Both the position numbers and the translations under genes were made by a program. From Octopus sinensis (lineage: Eukaryota), in NCBI RefSeq assembly GCF_006345805.1, contig NW_021832151.1, positions 1 to 31,955 on the forward strand: a DNA stretch of 31,955 nt, read 5' to 3'. The first letter of the stretch is position 1. Every line of letters starts with the position of its first letter. Under the pieces are notes generated by a model, which ran no database searches, had not been told where the DNA came from, and saw nothing but the letters and a program-made list of their open reading frames with translations. This document shows, piece by piece, positions 23,670 through 31,955 of the stretch.

Positions 23670-23690
23670 TTTTTGGTTTAAAAAAATTTT

Positions 23691-24078
23691 TTTTTTACTT
23701 GTTTCAGTCATTTGACTGCGGCCATGCACCGCCTTTAGTCGAGCAAATCGACCCCAGGACTTATTCTTTATAAGCCCAGTACTTATTCTATCGGTCTCTT
23801 TTGCTGAACCGCTAAGTGACGAGGACGTAAACACACCAGCATCGGTTGTCAAGCAAAGCTAGAGGGACAAACACATACACACAAACACACACACACATAC
23901 ACATACATATATATATATATAATATATATATACATATATACGACAGGCTTCTTTCAGTTTCCGACTACCAAATCCACTCACAAGGCATTGGTCGGCCCGG
24001 GGCTATAGCAGAAGACACTTGCCCAAGATGCCACGCAGTGGGACTGAACCCGGAACCATGTGGTTGGTTAGCAAGCTA
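23691..24078 (-). mobile_element. SINE family A, well conserved
   Basis: Homology to 3676-4077. Confidence 0.9.
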
Positions 24079-24332
24079 TATATAATGGAACAAAAACGCA
24101 ATAGAGGATAATAAAACATTCGAACAGATAGACGATACTGAAGGTCACGATTTTGCACCTAAGTGGTTGATATTTTGGGATCGATTTGTTCGACTGAAGA
24201 TCCTTCGAGGCTGCGCCATAGCATGGCAGCAGTCCAGTGAGTGAAATAAGTAAAAGTTAAAAAGATATATATCTTTTTCTTAGTGGTACTCAGTTTCAAT
24301 TAAACATATGACCCTTTGATAATTTTCAATTT

Positions 24333-24368
<36 letters not shown>

Positions 24369-24394
24369 AGATAGACAGGAGCAACGAGGATATC

Positions 24395-24575
24395 AATATG
24401 TTATCTAACCAACTTAAATAAATAGGAGTTAGATCTTCCTCAAGACAGACCTTAGATGTTGGGAAAGGAGAGGATACACTGGATAATGTAGTCTCAAATA
24501 CTCACTAAATAATGAGATGGTCACTATTGGAAGGCCTTTCTTGATCACATGTTTACTCGATCAGAATTAAATACA
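24395..24575 (+). repeat. Dispersed repeat fragment (second copy at 31100-31290, minus strand)
   Basis: atggtcactattggaaggcc...gatcacatgtttactcgatcaga matches the reverse complement of the 31150-31240 region. Confidence 0.5.
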
Positions 24576-24616
24576 ATTGACTTTCGAATAATATCGTAAT
24601 ATGCACACACTCCTAT

Positions 24617-24950
24617 GCACATGGCTCAGTGGTTAGAACGTCGGTATCACAATCATGAGGTAATAAGCTCGATTCCTGGACCGGGTTGTGTGTTGTGTTC
24701 TTGAGCAAGACACTTTATTTCATGTTGCTCCAGCTCACTCAGCTGTAGAAATGAGTTGCGACGTTACTGATGCCAAGCTGTATCAGCCTTTGCCTTTCTC
24801 TTCGATAACATCAGTGGCGTTGAGAGAGGACGCTGGTATGCATGGGTGACTGCTGGTCTTCCATAAACAACCTTGCCCGGACTTGGCCTCGAAGGGTGAC
24901 TTTCTTGGTGCAATCCCATGGTCATTCATAACCGAAGGGAGTCTTTACTC
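24617..24950 (+). mobile_element. SINE family C
   Basis: Homology to 6732-7071 and 31368-31683. Confidence 0.9.
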
Positions 24951-25170
24951 AATACCATATGCACTCATAAACATACATACACATTCTAAAACTATAGTCC
25001 TATATTTGCTGGCATACACTATAATTAAAATGCATTTTTTATAAAATAAACAGCAGTTTACCTTACTTATATCCTCGATGAAGCATTAAGCTGCATCTGG
25101 TGGTGAGGCTCCAACTCAGGGCTCAAGAGTTTTGAGGAATATAGATTTACTTCTTATTCATTACAACCTC

Positions 25171-25444
25171 AAGCTCGTTTTGGCCAGACGTGCTTCCTTG
25201 GCGTATAGGTTCCCCACCTGGACGGGACGCCAGTCCGTCGCAGGTGAGCTGCAAGATGCAGGAGGAAAGAGTGAGAGAAAGTTGTGGCGAAAGAATCAGC
25301 AGAAGTTCGCCATTACCTTCTGCCGGAGCTGCGTGGAGCTTAGGTGTTTCGCTCATAAACACACGCATCGCCCGATCTGAGATTCGAACCCGCGATCCCT
25401 TGACCGCGAGTCCGCTGCTCTAACCTCTAGATCATGTGCCTCCA
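25171..25444 (-). mobile_element. tRNA-derived SINE, head type 2 + tail Z (V-domain-like)
   Basis: Head and body shared with 26640-26828. Tail acctgcgacggactggcgtcccgtccagg resembles the V-SINE domain. Confidence 0.75.
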
Positions 25445-25886
25445 ATTCACCCAGTAGTAAATGGGTAACCTTATAACGGATTAGCGTACAACAGTGAGAT
25501 GGTGACTCAGAACAATGACCCGAACGGAGGTCTCACGAGCAACGTTTTGTATTCAGTAATCGAACGGATGAATAGTATAACCGTACTGTGAATCTCGATT
25601 AGTTGGGATTGGTTGTTCACGTAGAAGGATGGTGACGATATCATGATGTCACGTAAACCATCACCCTGAGTAAGGGTTAAACAGGCTCCATACTTCATGG
25701 GTAAGCTTTGGAAAACAGGAAACTAGCGGAGTAAATTGTAAATAGACCAACAGAAAGCCAACAGGAAACCAAGAAAAATAAGAAAATTTTGCATTGACAA
25801 TTAGTGACTATAAACATGGATGTTCGCTGTGAAAGGAACAAACAGGCCAGTTTCACCGTTCTGGGTTAGACCATTTTAAAATTCAG

Positions 25887-25962
25887 GATGAGAAGAAGAC
25901 TGAGAAGTGTCGGGAAAATCTCAAATGTCTGGTTGAATCAAATGTATGGAAAATTATGTGAC
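25887..25962 (+). other. Candidate 76-nt exon (alternative donor after 25943)
   Basis: cattttaaaattcag|G acceptor and GAC|gtaagt donor. Product not recognised. Confidence 0.25.
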
Positions 25963-26008
25963 GTAAGTCAGGGAGACTGGTTCACGTAACGTCAGGGCGT
26001 GTCCATAA

Positions 26009-26440
26009 AGGCACACGCATGGCCGAGTGGTTAAGAAGCCTGTTTTGCAACCACGTGGTTTCAGATTCAGTACCACTTCTATTATTACTCTGGGCTGGCC
26101 AATGTCTGGTGTGTGAATTTCGTAGACGGATACTGAAAGTAGTCTGTTAGTCTGTCAAACAGATACACACATGCACAGACATACACACACGTTTATACAT
26201 AAAGTATATATGTGTGAGTGTGTGTGTATATATGTGTGTGCGCGTGTGTGTCTTTTCGTGTTTGTTTGTCTCCCACCACAGCTTGACATCCAGTATTGGT
26301 TTGTTTATATCTCCGTAACTTAGCGGTTCGGTAAAAGAACCGGATAAAATGAGTATCAAACTTTAAAAAATAAGTACTGGAATCGATTTGTTAGACTTGA
26401 CCCTTCAAGGCGGTTTCTCAGCATCGCTGCAGTGCATTGA
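26009..26440 (+). mobile_element. SINE family A, degenerate
   Basis: Homology to 3676-4077. Confidence 0.75.
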
Positions 26441-26460
26441 TTATAATTTGGGGGGGGGGG

Positions 26461-26828
26461 CTGCGACGACGAGGGTTCCAGTTGATCCGTTCAACGGAAC
26501 AGCCTGCTCGTGAAATTGATGTGCAAGTGGCTGAGCATTCCACAGACACATGTACCCTCAACGTAGTTCTCGGGGGAGATTCAGCGTGACACAGAGTGTG
26601 ACAAGGCTGGCCCTTTGAAATACAGGTACATCAGAAACAGGAAGATAGAGTGAAAGAAAGTCGTGGTGAAAGAGTACAGCAGCGTTCGCCACCACCCCCT
26701 GCCGGAGCCTCGTGGAGCTTTAGGTGTTTTCGCTCAATAAACACTCACAACACCCGGTCTGGGAATCGAAACCGCGATCTTACGACCGCGAGTCCGCTGC
26801 CCTAACCACTGGGCCATTGCGCCTCCAC
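26461..26828 (-). mobile_element. tRNA-derived SINE, head type 2 + tail Y, full length
   Basis: A box tggcccagtggttaggg, B-box-like tttcgattccc. Tail shared with 2015-2180. Confidence 0.85.
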
Positions 26829-26940
26829 AGTGATTATAAATAAATAAAAAATGAAGGTAAGGTAGTGTTACGTTAGCTTAAGCGACCTTACAGCATCTGT
26901 CCTTGTCTTCCCTAATCCTTCGCTGTACTCACTTGCTTAC

Positions 26941-27064
26941 CTCTCCTGTGCCACCACGCCGCAAAATGAGTACGATCACTTTCATTTTCGCTTCCCCCCA
27001 TCGGGAATAATTGCAACGGGCGTTCCTTAGTATAAACAGTTCGAAAGTGGAATAAATCGGTTTA
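26941..27064 (-). other. Candidate 124-nt exon with in-frame ATG (MKVIVLILRRGGTGE)
   Basis: Strong acceptor aaaattttcttcttcctctcag| and strong donor GAG|gtaagc; open frame throughout. Confidence 0.4.
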
Positions 27065-28013
27065 CTGAGAGGAAGAAGAAAATTTTAATATTTTGGGTAG
27101 AAACCTTCGTTGAAGAGTACTAACCGAAACGCTCAATTTTCCCCCTCTTCTCTGTGGCTTACCAGTTTATTACATTGTTGGACTTTTCATATTCTTTCAA
27201 TTTTCAGTTTTCGTCGAATCATTTTGCTTTTACTTTTTAATAACATATAACAATTTATATATGATTTGGCCAATAACATAGATTACATTTGCAATAATCT
27301 TTATGAGGATTGACCTCTTGATCTTTATTTGTGCGATCTGATACTATTATCCATTTTGCCTTTGAACAATGCATTTGTTGTTTTCGTTAAGCTCTGAACT
27401 ATCCATTGTACATTATCTGCAAGTATATTTTGTTGCGCCCTCGCAGTTTTTTCTAGCGTTTCACCTCTCAAGAGTCAATAAAATATTTATTTTTCCATAT
27501 CCTACGAAATACGCATTATTTCAGATCTATGTAATCATTATTAATTAATTACTTAATTAATATTTATTATCTTCTTTGATCGGCAACTCAACAGGCTAAA
27601 TAACTATTATTTATCATGAGAGCAATGTTTTAAAAATGATTCAATTATAAATGATATTTAATATTATTTAATAATTATTTAATATTCTTTTTATCTGCGT
27701 CAACAAATATACAACTTATATTGTTACTAAATGTTCAACGCTTCGACCAACAATCATGCAACTCTATATATTTACGTAACGATTAAAACTTCGGCAAGTT
27801 ACAGTGATGCAATGTTCCTGCTAAGGATACCCAATATGGCTTTTAATAATCTTTTTCACTATAGGAATAACACCTGAAATTTTGAGGCAGGGACTGGTCG
27901 ATTGCATCGGCCCCGATACTCGACTGGTTCTTATTTTATCTTTTCGGATATGGCTCTTAATATTTTCCTTTTATTTCTAATTTGATCCAATTGAAGTGTT
28001 TTAATATTGGAGA

Positions 28014-28217
28014 AAAGATTTTTGCAAAAATAACATGGCAGTCCTGGTTTAGGACGACTGTTGCTGTAATTTAGCCCCGGGACACATCGTCTCCAGCTGG
28101 TTATACGACACGATCTGTGTCCTTATATTTTCGAACAGGGAAATTTAGCACCCCCACTCAGCTATAAACAATATCTGTGTATCGCCATTTCCGGGTTATT
28201 TCCCTTCATCAGCACAG
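28014..28217 (-). mobile_element. ~200-bp Penelope-pLTR/retrozyme-like unit headed by a hammerhead ribozyme
   Basis: Hammerhead at its 5' end; 28014-28136 is duplicated in inverted orientation at 28360-28482. Confidence 0.55.
28175..28217 (-). ncRNA. Minimal type I hammerhead ribozyme motif
   Basis: 5'-CUGUG CUGAUGA A GGG aaauaa CCC G GAA AU ggcg AU A^CACAG-3'. Stem I 5 bp, intact CUGAUGA/GAAA core, stem II 3 bp, stem III 2 bp, predicted AUA cleavage site. Confidence 0.75.
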
Positions 28218-28482
28218 TCAGCATCGGGACCGATGCAATCTACCAGTCCCTGCCTCAAAATTTCAGGTGTTATACCTATAGTAAAAAAAATTATTAAAAG
28301 CCATATTGGGCATCCTTAGCAGAAACGTTGCTTCACTGTAACTTGCCGAAGTTTTAATCGTTTGAAAATATAAGGACACAGATCGTGTCGTATAGCCAGC
28401 TGGAGACGATGGCTCCTGGGGCTAAATTACAGCAACATTTGTCCTAAACCAGGACTACCATGTTATGTTGGCAAAAATCTTT
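28215..28482 (-). repeat. Inverted duplication of two local segments (28014-28136 fused to 27778-27926)
   Basis: Manual alignment gives about 10/123 and 11/148 differences; the pieces join at an AAC/GTT microhomology (28360-28362). Confidence 0.9.
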
Positions 28483-28590
28483 ATTTCAAAGTACTGTTGC
28501 TGATATCTCTCGTTGCGAGATTTAAGAAAATAGTAATTTTCTGTTTTAATATTCCTTGCATCAAATATGCTATCACTCGCGTAATTAAAA

Positions 28591-28831
28591 GTTCTTTACT
28601 CGAGAGATACTGACAATAAATGCATATTATATCTTATCTTTAGGCAAACGTTATTTTTTTATTCTTCCAAATATTTTTTTGATATTTTTTCCTTGATGAT
28701 AAAATCTTCTGAATATATGCCTGACACAACTTTAGAGTGTTCTGGTATATCTAATTTGACTTTGAATGGTGTCGCTATTTTTTTCTTTACACGGGACATC
28801 CGTTTCCTACCACCAGTTTGCAAATAACTTG
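28591..28831 (-). pseudogene. Degenerate coding-like segment, paralog 1 (unknown protein)
   Basis: SYLQTGGRKRMSRVKKKI...KVVSGIYSEDFIIKEKISKKYLEE*; homologous to 30721-30972. Confidence 0.35.
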
Positions 28832-29157
28832 ATTTCTACTGTAAATTATCTTGAATTCATCTAAAATAAATACATTTTACAAGATTCATTCCCATCTACA
28901 TTATCTTTACTTGAAAAACAAATCGAATAACCGATCTCATTGAAGTTATCTCTCTTGCTCATTGCTCATAAATTTTTTAAACATCTCTGGACAGAATTTT
29001 TTTCCTGCTAACCTGCATGGATAATCTCAGTTGATCAAAGTGTTTCACTTCACCGTCTTCTATAAGTATGAGCCTGCTGTGTGTGTATTTTAATATATAG
29101 AATGCGCCCTTGAGGTACTTTCTCTCTGTCATATCGTTGTTAAAGATAAAATGAGTC

Positions 29158-29446
29158 TTCATCATCATCATTGTTCGACCGTGGTCGAGACAATGGAATT
29201 TACCATGCTACGCCAGACTTCACGGTCCATCATGGCATTATGGAGGTCCTGTTGCTGGATGCCTGTATCCCTGGAGATTACATCAGGGTAGGAGAGTGTG
29301 CGCCCTCTGGTATTGCGAGTAGATGGCTTCCAGAGGAGAAGAGTAGAAATTACTTCTTTTTCAGCTCTACAACAATGTCCAGCAAACTGGACTCTCCTAC
29401 CTTTCACAAGAGATGACACAGGTGGTAGTTTCCCATATATTTGCAT
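29158..29446 (-). mobile_element. 5'-truncated RTE-clade LINE 3' end with (TGA)n tail
   Basis: IYGKLPPVSSLVKGRRVQFAGHCCRAEKEVISTLLLWKP...RGRTLSYPDVISRDTG...MMDREVWR is the RTE C-terminal signature. Confidence 0.85.
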
Positions 29447-29504
29447 ATAAATGAGTCTTAATAAGCTTCTAGATACTATGAAGATTGTTTGTTCAGAGTA
29501 ATTT

Positions 29505-29836
29505 ACTTAAACCTTTTGTGCCTTATGGAACAAAGGTCATCGGTAACTTTTCTGCACTGTTGTCTACCCTGGGCCGTCTATAAGACCATCAATTTCCAGG
29601 TCTTGTTGGTTTAGGATTGTCATCGATTCTTCTGCAACTTTGCTCTTTTCTAGGTCGGGGCGTTGGCCCTACGTAAATCCACTTTTACACTAGCGAAGAA
29701 GTTGTCTATATTAGTCTAGCCTCTATCCTTAAACGTGCCCAGAATGGAATGCCCTCGCAGGAGCTTGCACTCTACTGGCATAGCTCTCGGGATCATTGAG
29801 TCTCACGAGCCGCCACAACACCGCAACAAGGGCTGG
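29505..29836 (-). mobile_element. Bipartite non-autonomous RTE derivative (5' UTR fused to extreme 3' end)
   Basis: The 5' part ctcaatgatcccgagagctatgcc...agctcctg..aggg...agggccaacgccccgacc resembles RTE/Expander 5' UTRs. The 3' part encodes TWK....TAQGRQQCRKVTDDLCS. Confidence 0.6.
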
Positions 29837-29948
29837 ACCTGTTGGTGATTATTCAGAGATAAAGTATCTTTAAGTTTATGTTCTGAACTTTTCAAAATGT
29901 CTCGCATAGCTTCTGTTTCATTGGTTAGCAACTGAGTTGATGTTCTTT

Positions 29949-30008
<60 letters not shown>

Positions 30009-30044
30009 ATATAATATATAATTATATATATATATATATCTGAT

Positions 30045-30240
30045 TAAAAAATTTTGGCACAAGGCCAGCAATTTTCGGGGAGCGGGTGAGTCGATTACAT
30101 CGACCCCAGCACTCAACTGGTACATATCTTATCGTCCTCGAAAGGATGAAAGGCAAAGTCGAACTCAGAACGTGAGGACGGACGAAATGTTGCTGAGTAT
30201 TTTGCCCAACGAGCTAACGATTCTGCTTGCTCACCATCTT
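30045..30240 (-). mobile_element. SINE family B
   Basis: Homology to other copies in the window. Confidence 0.8.
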
Positions 30241-30720
30241 AGCTAGAGGCTATAGTAAAAGACACTTGCTCAAGGTACCACACACACATATATATATATA
30301 CATACATACTATTAAACTCCAAGAATATCTAAACAATTAACATGCTGTCTTGTTTGATACAATATGAAAGAGATGGATCATTTCTGCACGATGATATAAA
30401 TTATTTATTTCATTGGGTGAATGCAATATTTCTGTAGTTATTAATGTTCTGGTGGATAAAAAATATTTAAGTTATGAATTTAAGTGAATTTTTGTAGTGT
30501 TTTACTGATACATTCTAATATCATTGCATAGTGAGTCTTTACTGCTTCTTCGTTAATTGAAAGAAGGAAGGACAAAACTTTCAAAAGCAGATTCTATTGT
30601 TTTCAGTTGAGGATAAACCAGACAGAGCTTGTAGCTGATTTCTTCATTTTGTGAAATTCTGAAGATTCACTGTTGTGTATGCAATAAAAATATTTCAATA
30701 TTTTTAAGATCCTGAACTAA

Positions 30721-31035
30721 GTTCTCTACTTGACAATACTAGTAATAAATGCATATTATACCTTAATCTTTAGACTGATATTCATTTTTTTTTTTTTATT
30801 CTTCCAAACTCTTTTTTGATATTTTTTCTATTATAATAAAGCATTCTGGATAACATCTTTGATACAACTTTGGGTCACTCTGACATGATACGTAGTTAGA
30901 AATTATAAAATGTTACCATTTTCCTCCTTACATAGGACAGCGGCTTCCTCCCATCAATTTGCAAATAACTTGTAACAGCACTGATGTAGCGTAATGCCTT
31001 CAATCTTATCATTCCTAGTGGAATGATAACATCTC
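30721..31035 (-). pseudogene. Degenerate coding-like segment, paralog 2, with acceptor at 31035
   Basis: cattttacag|GA-DVIIPLGMIRLKALRYISAVTSYLQIDGRKPLSYVRRKMVTFYNF*; homology to paralog 1 continues through 2 stops and a frameshift. Confidence 0.35.
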
Positions 31036-31367
31036 CTGTAAAATGATTATTAACGTTAATGCAAAATGATTATTATCAGCTCTTTGTTGTTGCTTTTGCT
31101 GCTGTGGTTTTTGTGATTGATGTGGTTGTTGTTGTTGGGGTAGATTTCGTTGCTGTTATTGTTGTTTATCCGAGTCATCTCTGACTGAGTAAATTCATGA
31201 TTAAAAACATTCCAGTGGTGACCATTATTTTGCCTTTCTATTCCAGAATATGATTTAGGATAATTTGACTATTTCTAGTAGTATTTAACTATGCATGATG
31301 TGTATGTGTGTGTGTGCGCGTGCGTGCGTGCAAGCGTGCATTAATATTTGTTTTTATGTCCCACCAA

Positions 31368-31683
31368 GGCGCGTGGCTCAGTGGTTAGAGCGTCGAGTTC
31401 ACAATCATGAGGTAGTGAGCTCGATTCCCGGACCGGGCTATGTATAGTGTTCTTGAGCAAGACACTTTATATATGTTGCTCCAGTTCACTCAGCTGTAGA
31501 AATGGTGCCAAGCTGTATCGGTCTTTACCTTTCCCTTGGATATCATCGGTGGCATGGAGAGAGGAGGCTGGTATCTGGGCGACTGCTGGTCTTCTTTAAA
31601 CAACATTGCCCGGACTTGGCCTCGGAGGGTAACTTTCTTGGTGCAATCCCATGGTCATTCATGACCGAAGGAGCTATTTACCC
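31368..31683 (+). mobile_element. SINE family C
   Basis: Homology to 6732-7071 and 24617-24950. Confidence 0.9.
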
Positions 31684-31770
31684 TTTACTCTATGTCGCAT
31701 TATAACAAGAGCAATTTTATATTAAGCTGAAGTATTACTCATACTTCAAGTAGAGAATATATTTATTATA

Positions 31771-31850
31771 CTTTCACAAGAGGAATGATGACAATGACTT
31801 CGGTGACTATCGAAACTTCGAAGTTACTGTCACCACTCTTCTTGTAAAAG
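31771..31850. other. 80-nt imperfect hairpin (32-bp stem, 16-nt loop)
   Basis: 31771-31802 pairs with 31819-31850 with 6 transition-type differences. Confidence 0.75.
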
Positions 31851-31883
31851 TGGATTATATATGTAATTATGTATATAAAATAT

Positions 31884-31884
<1 letters not shown>

Positions 31885-31949
<65 letters not shown>

Positions 31950-31955
31950 ATGTGT
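31885..31955. repeat. (TA)n microsatellite
   Basis: Direct reading of the sequence. Confidence 0.95.

Noticed and set aside
25940-26000. CRE/ATF-like TGACGTAA motifs as a promoter
   Set aside because: Short motifs overlapping an exon candidate and a SINE boundary, with no other promoter evidence.
27105-27135. ttgaagag-tactaa-ccgaaacgctc as a third hammerhead family
   Set aside because: It resembles a decayed motif, but stems I and II cannot be paired without assuming several mutations.
31368-31440. tRNA-like sequences here and at 3676, 7000-7071, 24617 and 26755-26828
   Set aside because: A and B boxes are present, but acceptor and anticodon stems do not close, and each continues into a SINE body.

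Overview
Eukaryotic, AT-rich, very repeat-dense genomic DNA, most likely intronic or intergenic. The mix of microsatellites, tRNA-headed SINEs and R4/Dong- and RTE-type LINEs suggests a coleoid cephalopod, probably Octopus; this is an inference, not a database result. No intact, identifiable protein-coding gene, rRNA, true tRNA or CRISPR array is present, and most ORFs in the supplied track are microsatellite or SINE artefacts. Identifiable content: (i) many copies of at least four tRNA-derived SINE families; (ii) fragments of RLE-type (R4/Dong-like) and RTE LINEs; (iii) an internally deleted hAT (Buster/Charlie type) element with both ends recognisable; (iv) a 606-bp Tigger/pogo-like element; (v) Tc1/mariner relics; (vi) several weak exon candidates and a pair of degenerate paralogous coding segments. 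The most interesting signal is a minimal type I hammerhead ribozyme with a complete catalytic core on the minus strand (28175-28217). It heads a ~200-bp Penelope-pLTR/retrozyme-like unit and abuts a circularly permuted inverted duplication of that unit plus its flanking DNA. A second repeat family (two copies) keeps perfect hammerhead geometry but has an altered core. Family assignments rest on motif recognition by eye, and repeat boundaries are approximate unless stated exactly.
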